From assembly GCA_945865755.1 (NCBI GenBank), contig CAMBFS010000003.1, forward strand, positions 1-64,000: 64,000 nt of DNA, written 5' to 3'. The translations under genes were made by a program, and so were the position numbers. This stretch comes from Klebsiella pneumoniae. Lineage in GTDB: Bacteria; Desulfobacterota; Binatia; Bin18. The notes under the pieces are model-generated. The model was not told the DNA's origin, did no database searches, and saw nothing but the letters and a program-made list of their open reading frames with translations. Shown in pieces: positions 26,694 to 35,192 of the stretch (its first letter is position 1; each line of letters opens with the position of its first letter).

Positions 26694-27821
26694 CTACGCG
26701 GACAGGCCATAAAACGCGCACGCGTTGGCCCCTAAAATTCTCTCCACCGAAGAGGTTGGTAACGAGACGAGGACATTGCGCATCGCCTCTATCGGATGGG
26801 CAAAGCCCTCGGCGTGCGGGTAGTCCGACCCGACAAAAAACTTCTCATCCCCAACAAACTGCACGATCAGCGGGAGCAGCTTCTCGCTGGGATCGGCATT
26901 CACCCAAATGTTGCGGGCGAAATACTCACGAATCGGGCGCTTCATCTGTGAGGTGTGGCGCATGTACTGATAGCGATACTCGAACCGCTCGATCCACTCA
27001 CCCACCCAACTCCCCATCGACTCCACCGTCGCCACACGGAGCGCGGGGAACCGTTCGAACACCCCATCGTACACCATCGTGCTCAGTGACATGCGCGGGT
27101 CTTGGATCACGTTCATGGAGATGAACATGAACCCCGGATTGCGATCCCGATACCAGGCGCTGCCCAGATAGTCCTTATTGCCCGCGGGGTGAATGGTCAC
27201 CGCCAAGTTGAGGTCCTGTGCCGTGGCCCAGATCACGTCATAATCGGGCTGGCCGAAACTCTTGCCATGCACCGGCGCGGACCCGATCATCACGGAATGC
27301 CCGCCAAACTTGGCGATGCGCTCCATTTCCTGCACCGCCAGGGCGGGGTCGCGTAACGAAATGTGCGCGGCGGGAAAGAGCCGGTCGAGACGGCCCGCGC
27401 ACACCTCGAAAGCCCATGTGTTGTAGGCGCGACAATGCGCGGCGGCGAGTCCCGCATCGCGAATCTCCCCCTCCCAGAGCAACCCAAGGGTAGGAAAGAG
27501 AATCTGATAATCGAGCTCTTCGGTATCCAGATACTGCACGCGCTTCCCCATGTCTTGCCAGTCCGCGCTGGCAATCAGCGAGCGATCAAATTCGTTGAGC
27601 GCGTGCCCTTCTTCCTTCTGGCCGTGGCCAACAATGATACTGAGCATCTCTTCGGTATCACTGCCGAGACGCATCGGCTTCCCATCAACGATCATTTGTT
27701 GTTTGCCCGTCGTCGGGTCATTCACCATACACATGGCACGCTCGCGGTACGCGGGCTCCATGTAGCGAGTAAACAAATCGAGCGGTTCAATAAAGTGGCT
27801 GTCGCCGTCAACGATTTTCAT
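26694..27821 (-). CDS. amidohydrolase-2 family metal-dependent hydrolase (ACMSD/LigW-like TIM barrel)
   Basis: N-terminal VDGDSHFIEP… His pair and overall PF04909-like pattern. Confidence 0.7.
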   Translation of the reverse strand: MKIVDGDSHFIEPLDLFTRYMEPAYRERAMCMVNDPTTGKQQMIVDGKPMRLGSDTEEMLSIIVGHGQKEEGHALNEFDRSLIASADWQDMGKRVQYLDTEELDYQILFPTLGLLWEGEIRDAGLAAAHCRAYNTWAFEVCAGRLDRLFPAAHISLRDPALAVQEMERIAKFGGHSVMIGSAPVHGKSFGQPDYDVIWATAQDLNLAVTIHPAGNKDYLGSAWYRDRNPGFMFISMNVIQDPRMSLSTMVYDGVFERFPALRVATVESMGSWVGEWIERFEYRYQYMRHTSQMKRPIREYFARNIWVNADPSEKLLPLIVQFVGDEKFFVGSDYPHAEGFAHPIEAMRNVLVSLPTSSVERILGANACAFYGLSA

Positions 27822-27965
27822 GGGGTATCCTTTCTGTCTGGCGTTCTTTTACTGTCGTTCCAGTCGGAAGTACACCAGGTAGAGCACGCGCGGGACGGGC
27901 AAGACTGGATGGACCGCGGGAGACGGTGTACGATCCCGCCAGCGTGAGAGGGAGGCGCTCTAGCC

Positions 27966-28961
27966 ATGACGAATTTGCGAATTGACGGACCCACGAACAT
28001 TCTGGTGTTGCTCGGATTGACCTTACCCGAAGTGTCAGAAAGCGACTTGGCGAAGATCCGGGCGGCGGCGGCTCCCGGATCGACGATTCGGGTGGTCTCA
28101 AATACGCGCGACGCCATCGCCGCGGCGGCTGAGGTCGAGGTGATCCTGGGATTCATTCCCGAAGCGTTGTTCAACGCCGCGCCCCGGCTGCGCTGGGTGC
28201 ACGCGATCGCGTCGGGTGTGGACATGTTTCTCTACCCGGCCATGCGAGACTCACACGTGGTGCTGACAGGCGAGAAAGGACTCGTCGGTGGCCATCTGGC
28301 GGATACTGGATTTGGCTTACTCTTAGCACTGACTCGACAGATCGCTACGTCGATTCGTCTCGGCCCCGCGACCTGGGACGCACGCGAAGCCATGCGGCGT
28401 AAAGAGATTGAACTGGAAGGATTGACGATGGGCATCGTCGGCTTCGGCGGGACCGGGCGCGCGATGGCTCGGCGCGCGGTGGCGTTTGGCATGAACGTCT
28501 TAGCGCTTGATGAATGGCCGGTGCCGCCCTCGGACGGCGTTCGTGAAGTGTGGGGGCGTGATCGGCTCGCCGAATTACTGGCGGCCTCGGATGTGGTGGC
28601 CGTGGGGTGCCCGCTGACCGCGACGACCAGGAACCTCTTCAACGACACCACATTTTCACAAATGAAGCGTGGCGCCTTCATCATCAACGTGACCCGTGGC
28701 GAGATTATCGATGGGGATGCGCTGGTGCGCGCATTGAAAGACGGACGCTGTGGCGGCGCGGGCCTCGATGTTGCTCCGCTTGAGCCGTTGCCAGCCGACC
28801 ATCCCTTGTGGACGTTGGAGAACGTGGTGATGACCCCGCATACGGCGGGCGCGAGCCAACTGCGCGCGCCTCGCAATCTCGAACGCTTCTGCGAGAACTT
28901 GCAGCGTGTTCGCACGGGTGAACCGCTGGCGGGGGTCGTGGACAAGCAGTTGGGGTATTAA
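27966..28961 (+). CDS. D-isomer-specific 2-hydroxyacid dehydrogenase family (NAD-binding)
   Basis: GIVGFGGTGRAMARRA Rossmann motif and catalytic-domain pattern. Confidence 0.85.
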   Translation: MTNLRIDGPTNILVLLGLTLPEVSESDLAKIRAAAAPGSTIRVVSNTRDAIAAAAEVEVILGFIPEALFNAAPRLRWVHAIASGVDMFLYPAMRDSHVVLTGEKGLVGGHLADTGFGLLLALTRQIATSIRLGPATWDAREAMRRKEIELEGLTMGIVGFGGTGRAMARRAVAFGMNVLALDEWPVPPSDGVREVWGRDRLAELLAASDVVAVGCPLTATTRNLFNDTTFSQMKRGAFIINVTRGEIIDGDALVRALKDGRCGGAGLDVAPLEPLPADHPLWTLENVVMTPHTAGASQLRAPRNLERFCENLQRVRTGEPLAGVVDKQLGY

Positions 28962-29686
28962 CCGATTTTCTCCAGCACGGGGTCAATGGTCCGTAAGACC
29001 GCGTCAAGGCATTGGAGATGTTCTTGGCGCAGCGCTTCGACGGCGGTGGTGGCCCAGGCCACCACTTCGTGTTGGTCGGCCTTGGTGAGCGTGGTGAATC
29101 GGGGGTCAGCGGAAGCAATGTCTTCCCAGCCCAGGACCGCGCGTCCGAGATTCATGCCAATCGTCGCGGCCCGCTCTGCTAGGGGAGTTCCGGCCCACAA
29201 GATTTGGAGATACGCGGCCCATTGGCGACCAGCGATCCCGTCGGCAACCTCACAATACAACGGCGCGGTCCATTGCGAGGTGCGGAGTTCCACATCTTGG
29301 AGGCCCGCGCCGACAACAATGTCATGGGTCACCGCCGAGAGGACGGACTTTGGCAGGTCCATGTCCACCAGCAGGTGAAAGAACAGGTTTTGCAGCAGGA
29401 ACTGCGCGCACGGACCAATCCGGGTGGCATTGGAGAGATACGTGCAGTCGCCATCGCTGAGGTCATCACAAAGATTGACGGTGCAGTATTTAAGGTAAAT
29501 CGCCGCCGCACGGGCGAGCAGTGTGTGGCGCGGCAGCCCGGCTTCCGTGCCTGCGTCATAGAGCAGCGCGAGTGGTCCCGGCAACGCCGCTTCGAGCACC
29601 GCTAGCAGGTCGCCACGACTTTCCTCGGGGAATTGTTGCCGGTTCAGAATCCGTAACGCTTCTTGAAACACGACGCCCGCGCTCAT
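28958..29686 (-). CDS. hypothetical protein (contains DDLSD, a DDxxD-like motif)
   Basis: ORF only; single Asp-rich motif, cannot assign family. Confidence 0.4.
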   Translation of the reverse strand: MSAGVVFQEALRILNRQQFPEESRGDLLAVLEAALPGPLALLYDAGTEAGLPRHTLLARAAAIYLKYCTVNLCDDLSDGDCTYLSNATRIGPCAQFLLQNLFFHLLVDMDLPKSVLSAVTHDIVVGAGLQDVELRTSQWTAPLYCEVADGIAGRQWAAYLQILWAGTPLAERAATIGMNLGRAVLGWEDIASADPRFTTLTKADQHEVVAWATTAVEALRQEHLQCLDAVLRTIDPVLEKIG

Positions 29687-29820
29687 AGGTCATCCTTATG
29701 TCTTGTGAACAATATCGCCTTCTCGAAATACGCGAGGATTTAGCATGTTGTTGGTGTGAGGGGCCACCACCTCGTATCACGAAGCAGAGACGTTGTTTCC
29801 AGGTTCCCTCTCCCGGATGG

Positions 29821-30025
29821 GCAATGGCATTAAGTTAAGCCGAAGCGTCACTGCTCGCTGCGAGCCGGGGGTAAAACCCCCGGCTACCATCCACAGCCCC
29901 TCCGGGGCTGATCGACACACCCCAGCGGGGTGTTTGGAGGGTAGCCAGGGGTAGGACTCCTGGCGAATGGCGGCGAGGGGGCAGCTTCCAGCATAACAAA
30001 AACTCCCTTAACTTAATGCCATTGC
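29821..30025. mobile_element. MITE-like element copy B (205 bp) inserted in loop of a 40-bp palindromic element with perfect 8-bp TSD CCGGATGG
   Basis: same TIRs as copy A (opposite orientation); flanks …tccctctcccggatgg | element | ccggatgggagagggtcagggtgaggggg. Confidence 0.75.
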
Positions 30026-30027
30026 CC

Positions 30028-30057
30028 GGATGGGAGAGGGTCAGGGTGAGGGGGAGC
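30028..30057. repeat. right half of REP-like palindromic element R1 split by MITE copy B (left half 29803..29820)
   Basis: removing element plus one TSD copy restores TCCCTCTCCCGGATGGGAGAGGGTCAGGGTGAGGGGG. Confidence 0.65.
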
Positions 30058-30106
30058 TGAATGTGATTACCGAGCCACGCCCTACCGCTGGCCCGGGAAA
30101 AGACAA

Positions 30107-30466
30107 TCATGTGCTTGCCAAAAGTGCATACTCGGCATTTTTATTGATGGTGTTCGCTTCCGCGGTTGCGCGCGCTAACCGGCGGTCTAGTTCCGTGACA
30201 ATGTCGGCATTGCCCGCCTGCGCGATTTTAATTTCGACCGTTCCTCCCGCTAATACTTGGTGCAACGCTTCCAGGACTGGCTTGAGGTCGGGATTCACGG
30301 CGATATTGCCCAGTGCCCCTTCCAGAGCCCCCAACTGCAGCAATCGCATCTGGTAGGCATAGCCGTTCGCGGTGGTCTCGCGGGTCACCAGTTTTGGGAC
30401 TCCGACTTCAATAAGGTTCTCCTGAGCGATCTCCATATATTCCGTGTGGGCTGCTGCGTAACTCAT
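30107..30466 (-). CDS. hypothetical small protein (119 aa), divergent from regulator paralog 3
   Basis: ORF with good coding look; no assignable motif. Confidence 0.4.
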   Translation of the reverse strand: MSYAAAHTEYMEIAQENLIEVGVPKLVTRETTANGYAYQMRLLQLGALEGALGNIAVNPDLKPVLEALHQVLAGGTVEIKIAQAGNADIVTELDRRLARATAEANTINKNAEYALLAST

Positions 30467-30674
30467 GATGTGCTTCTCCTTTTCTGCGGTAAAATGTTTC
30501 TGCTTTCACAAACTCAGCGGCGATGATCTGTTGTCTCTTGTTGAAAAGCAGGGTAGGAGGAGCGGCGGTTCAATGGGAGGTGCGAAGCATTCGGATTTAT
30601 GTTCATATTGTTTAGCTTGTGTTCCCCTCGGGCCATTTCGGCGATATTGCCGACCGAGCACTGGAGGTTTAGCC

Positions 30675-33600
30675 ATGGATTTGGCAACCCATCTCATTTT
30701 CGGACCCTTTCGGGTCGATCCTTTCAACAATCAATTGTGGCGGGGGGAGGAACAGATCGTGCTCCGCCCCATGTCAGTGAAGGTTTTGCTCGTATTAGCG
30801 GAGTGCGCGGGGGAGGTGGTCACGAAAGAGGAGTTATTCAAACGCGTGTGGGCGGGGGTTCGCGTGACCGATACCGTCATTCGCGTCTGTATCCGCGAGA
30901 TTCGCCAGGCCTTGGTGGATTCCGCACAAACCCCGCAATATATCGAAACCGTCGGGCGGCGCGGCTATCGGTTTCTCGGCATTCCCAATGATGGACATCC
31001 GTCCGACGCCTTACCACGGAAGCCAGCCGCGGCACCCCTGATCGTGGGACGCACCCACGAGATCACGCGGCTGCAGCAGTGGTTTCGTCGCGTGGGACAA
31101 GGGGACCGGCAGATTCTCTTTATCACGGGAGAGCCAGGTATCGGAAAGACCACGACCGTTGATGTGTTCCTTGCGCGGGTGCGGGCCACGGGGTTGATCC
31201 GCATTGGGCGTGGCCACTGCGTGGAGCACTATGGCCAAGGGGAAGCCTATATGCCGATCCTGGAAGCCCTTGTCCGGTTGACGCGCGAGCCAGGGGGCGC
31301 GCGCCTGCTCGCGATCCTCAGTCGCCATGCCCCGACGTGGCTGATGCAAATGCCGTCACTGCTGAGTAGCGAAGAGTTCACCCAGCTTCAGCGCCGCACT
31401 CAAGATGCCACCCCGCAACGCATGCTGCGCGAAATGGCCGAGGTGCTCGAGGTGCTCACGGCGGAACGGCCGTTCATTCTCGTGCTCGAGGATTTGCACT
31501 GGAGTGACGAATCGACGATCGCCTTGCTGGCGACGCTGACGCAGCGACAAGAGCGCGCCCAGCTCATGGTCATTGGCACCTACCGCCCATCAGACGTGGC
31601 GAGCACCCATCCCTTGCGGGCCCTCAAGCAGGAATTGCAACTCCGTGATCATTGGAAAGAACTCGCTCTCGGTTTCTTGACCGAGCAAGAAGTGCAGGAG
31701 TACGTCGCCGGACAGTTGCCAGAACATGTGGTATCGGACACATTGGCCCACGCGATTTATCGCCGCACGGAGGGCAGCCCCTTATTCATGGCCAACGTGG
31801 TCACGGCGTTGGCGGAGCAATACCCCCAAGAAGCAGGGGCTGGTCGCCAGCACGACGCCTTCCATAGTCAGAAACTCAAGATTCCCGAAAATCTCCACCA
31901 GGCCATCGCGCAACGGGTCGCGCGGCTCGACCCCAACGAACGCGCCATCCTTGAAGCCGCCAGTGTGGTCGGCATGGAATTTACCGCAGCCGTGGTGGCC
32001 GCAGCCGTCGGGAAAACCCTGATTGACGTCGAAGAGCATTGCGGGGAACTGGCCCGACGTAAACATTTCATTCAGGCAAAAGAGACGGTCGAGTGGCCGG
32101 ACGGGACGGTCACCGCCTGCTACGAGTTCATTCATGCGTTGTACCAAGAGGCATTGTATGAGCGGGTCACTGGCGGGAAACGCGTTGAACTGCATCAGCG
32201 TGTCGGGGAATCTCTTGCGCACGGCTACCGCGACCGCAGTCACGAGATCGCCGCGGAATTGGCCGTGCATTTCGAACAGGGCCGAGATTTTCATCGTACG
32301 GTTCAGTATTTGGGACACGCCGCGGACAACGCGAACCAACGCTGCGCCTACCCTGAAGCACTCCTGCTCCTCAGGAGAGCGCTGGATACCCTCAAAAAGC
32401 TCGCGGACAATCCAGAGCGAGCACAGCGGGAGATTACGCTGCAGACTGCTCTCGGTATGTCACTCATGGCAACCAAAGGCTATGCGGCTCCCGAAGTGAA
32501 GTCAGCCTATGATCGTGCACGAGAACTCTGCCTTCAGGTCGGGGAGACCCCACAACTTGTCTCGGTTCTACGCGGATTAGCCATGTTTTATTACGTTCGC
32601 GCGGAGTTGCAAACCGCGAGAGCTATCGCGGAGCAGCTCCTTGATCTTGTCCAGTCGCAACAAGACCGAGCCCTACTCATCCAAGCCTCTTACGGTATGG
32701 GAGGAACCCTATTTAACCTTGGAGAATTGCCCATTGCTTATCATTATCTGCAACGAACAATGCTCTTTTACCATTCCTATAAGTCCGAATCTCCCACTTA
32801 TCTTTCTGCTCAGGATACGGCGATATATTGTCTAACTCGCATGTCGTACGTTTTGTGGGTTCTTGGCTATCCCGATCAAGCCCTTGTCAAAAGCCAAGAG
32901 GGAATCTCTTTATCTCAAGAATTGGCTCTCCCACATAACCTGGCCTACACATCGACCTTTGCCGCCGGCCTCCGCATGTTCTACCGGGAAGATCAGGTCG
33001 CCCAGCAGTGCGCGGAGGAAGCAAAGCGACTCGCCACGGAGCACGCGTTTCCCATTTGGGCTGCTATGGGACGGATTCTTGGTGGCGGGGCGCTTGTCCA
33101 CCAAGGCATGACCGAACAAGGCATCCAGCAGATCGAAAGCGGGATCGCGACCTGGCGGGCGATTGGGGCACGAATCTCGATGCCCTATTTCCTCACCCTT
33201 CTCGCGGAGGCCTACGGCAAAAGTGGGCATCCGGAAAAAGGGCTACGGCTCCTCACGGAATCCCTAGCGCTCACCAACAGCACGGAGGAGCGCTGGTGGG
33301 AGGCGGAACTCCACCGTCTCAAAGGCATGCTCACGCTTGAGGCGAGCGGCTGGCGGCTCGAGCATCGGCCCTCTTCCCACGTCTCACGTCTCAAGCCTCC
33401 AGTCTCTAGTGTGGTGGCGCACGAGGCGGAGCAGCATTTCCTGAAGGCCCTGGAGGTTGCCCGACGACAAGAGGCGAAATCCCTTGAGCTCCGGGCGGCT
33501 ATGAGCCTCGCGCGGCTGAAGCAGCGACAACAAAAATCGAGTGAAGCACTCGCCCTTCTGGAAGGCGTATACAACTGGTTCACGGAAGGATTCGAGACCG

Positions 33601-33764
33601 CTGACCTCCAAGACGCCAAGCATCTGCTCGAGGAACTACGCGTACCGAGAAGTCCCATGCCTGTCACCACGGTGCCGCGGGCCAAAACTAAACGGAAATC
33701 CACGAGCACCCGCCAACCGGAAGCCGAAGCGGAGTCGCGCGCGGCACGGTCTGAGCGGGGATAA
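30675..33764 (+). CDS. transcriptional regulator paralog 3: OmpR-type winged helix + STAND ATPase + TPR
   Basis: ATG at 30675; same architecture (GEPGIGKT, LVLEDLHWSD, TPRs, C-terminal …VYNWFTEGFETADLQDAKHLLEEL); ~40-50% identity to paralogs 1/2. Confidence 0.85.
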   Translation: MDLATHLIFGPFRVDPFNNQLWRGEEQIVLRPMSVKVLLVLAECAGEVVTKEELFKRVWAGVRVTDTVIRVCIREIRQALVDSAQTPQYIETVGRRGYRFLGIPNDGHPSDALPRKPAAAPLIVGRTHEITRLQQWFRRVGQGDRQILFITGEPGIGKTTTVDVFLARVRATGLIRIGRGHCVEHYGQGEAYMPILEALVRLTREPGGARLLAILSRHAPTWLMQMPSLLSSEEFTQLQRRTQDATPQRMLREMAEVLEVLTAERPFILVLEDLHWSDESTIALLATLTQRQERAQLMVIGTYRPSDVASTHPLRALKQELQLRDHWKELALGFLTEQEVQEYVAGQLPEHVVSDTLAHAIYRRTEGSPLFMANVVTALAEQYPQEAGAGRQHDAFHSQKLKIPENLHQAIAQRVARLDPNERAILEAASVVGMEFTAAVVAAAVGKTLIDVEEHCGELARRKHFIQAKETVEWPDGTVTACYEFIHALYQEALYERVTGGKRVELHQRVGESLAHGYRDRSHEIAAELAVHFEQGRDFHRTVQYLGHAADNANQRCAYPEALLLLRRALDTLKKLADNPERAQREITLQTALGMSLMATKGYAAPEVKSAYDRARELCLQVGETPQLVSVLRGLAMFYYVRAELQTARAIAEQLLDLVQSQQDRALLIQASYGMGGTLFNLGELPIAYHYLQRTMLFYHSYKSESPTYLSAQDTAIYCLTRMSYVLWVLGYPDQALVKSQEGISLSQELALPHNLAYTSTFAAGLRMFYREDQVAQQCAEEAKRLATEHAFPIWAAMGRILGGGALVHQGMTEQGIQQIESGIATWRAIGARISMPYFLTLLAEAYGKSGHPEKGLRLLTESLALTNSTEERWWEAELHRLKGMLTLEASGWRLEHRPSSHVSRLKPPVSSVVAHEAEQHFLKALEVARRQEAKSLELRAAMSLARLKQRQQKSSEALALLEGVYNWFTEGFETADLQDAKHLLEELRVPRSPMPVTTVPRAKTKRKSTSTRQPEAEAESRAARSERG

Positions 33765-33857
33765 AAAGGTCGGGGAATCGGGGAGTCGGAAGAAATGTAG
33801 GACTGTGGATTGCGCAAGTTGCTTTCTACAATTTTTGCCTGTTGATTTGCTGATTCC

Positions 33858-34190
33858 TCACTCCGCCCGAATCTCCACGACCCGCCGATCCACGAACGTC
33901 AGGGTGCCCAGTGGGCGGAGGGACGCGCGATAGGTCCACTCTTCGCGCTGCGCGCCCGCGTCACTGGTAACGAGACGCTGCGTCGCCGGGGCGCCAAGAA
34001 TTTTCATGACTTCCCCCGGCGACATGCCTAACCGGATCGATTGAAATCGCTGGTCGCGCTCCTCTTCATATCTCACTAGCTCGTCCGCCAGACGCCGCAA
34101 ATCCTGAGCGGCCCGCATGGTGGGGTCTTGGTGATAATAACACGCGGTGACAAACAGTGGCAGGAGCGCCACCAGCGCCCGGCATTTCAT
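33858..34190 (-). CDS. small lipoprotein, BamE/SmpA-OmlA-like
   Basis: lipoprotein signal with lipobox …LFVTAC; ~110 aa; C-terminal beta-rich segment. Confidence 0.45.
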   Translation of the reverse strand: MKCRALVALLPLFVTACYYHQDPTMRAAQDLRRLADELVRYEEERDQRFQSIRLGMSPGEVMKILGAPATQRLVTSDAGAQREEWTYRASLRPLGTLTFVDRRVVEIRAE

Positions 34191-35176
34191 TGGGCGAAGG
34201 TATCCACCAGCCGAGCAAACGCATCTTCCGGCATGCGGCTTGATGGAGGGACGGCCACCACCGGCAGTTGAATCCCGGCATCGCGAAAGCGCTCAATGTG
34301 CGCGCGACATTCGTCCGCCGTTCCGAACACATACAGCTCCTCGATCATGCGCTCGGAGATCGCGGCCTCCGCTCTTGGGCGATCTCCCGCTTTCCAGTGA
34401 TGGTGCACTTCTTCAAGGATGTCCCCGTACCCGAAGTGCCGGAACCCTTGGATATAGGTGTTCGCCTGACAGTAGCCGACCAACACCCGTCGCAGTTGTT
34501 GGAGCGTCTGCTCGCGATCGCTGGTGACAGCCGTGTGAATGTAACAGCCAATATCAATATCCGCTAACGAGCGGCCCGCGCGGGCGGCCCCCTTGGCGAT
34601 TTCGGCCAGCGAGGCCGGGACTTGGCGCGCGGGTACCCAGGCCAGCAGTACCCCATCGGCGATCTCGCCAGCCAGTTGCAACATCTTGGGATTCACCGCC
34701 GCGAGATAGATGGGCATCCGTTTCGGCGGAGCCATGCTGAGTTGAAATCCGCGTGGGCGATAAAATTTCCCGTCGTAGGTGACCCGTTCCCCAGCGAGGA
34801 CCCGTCGCAGAATAGCGACATACTCACGGGTGCGAGAGACCGGATGATCCCAGGGCACACCATGAAAAGCGTTGATGTTTTGCGTACTCACGCCCAAGCC
34901 CAGACGCGCCCGTCCTGGAGCGATGAGGTCCAGGGTCGCCGCTTGCATGGCGGTGAGGGTCGGTGGCCGCAGATACAAGGAGACGATGCCCGTGCTGATA
35001 TGTATGCGTTGCGTCCGTGCCAGCAACGCGCCCACCATCGTGCAGGTTTCGATGCCCCACGCTTCGCCAACGGAGATCGCTTCAAATCCTCGGTCCTCCG
35101 CGCGCCGCACGACCTCCGTGCAGAAGTCCATCGGTAAGCCGAGCGGTGGAATTCCTAATGCAATACGCTGAGTCAT
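34187..35176 (-). CDS. LLM-class F420/flavin-dependent oxidoreductase
   Basis: luciferase-like TIM-barrel pattern; third LLM paralog in window. Confidence 0.8.
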   Translation of the reverse strand: MTQRIALGIPPLGLPMDFCTEVVRRAEDRGFEAISVGEAWGIETCTMVGALLARTQRIHISTGIVSLYLRPPTLTAMQAATLDLIAPGRARLGLGVSTQNINAFHGVPWDHPVSRTREYVAILRRVLAGERVTYDGKFYRPRGFQLSMAPPKRMPIYLAAVNPKMLQLAGEIADGVLLAWVPARQVPASLAEIAKGAARAGRSLADIDIGCYIHTAVTSDREQTLQQLRRVLVGYCQANTYIQGFRHFGYGDILEEVHHHWKAGDRPRAEAAISERMIEELYVFGTADECRAHIERFRDAGIQLPVVAVPPSSRMPEDAFARLVDTFAQ

Positions 35177-35192
35177 AGTTCCTCACTCCTCC

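Noticed and set aside
26232-26735. 167-aa plus-strand ORF spanning the VapC/antitoxin locus
   Set aside because: It is antisense to two well-supported overlapping genes with SD sequences, and its product is Ser/Arg-rich low complexity.
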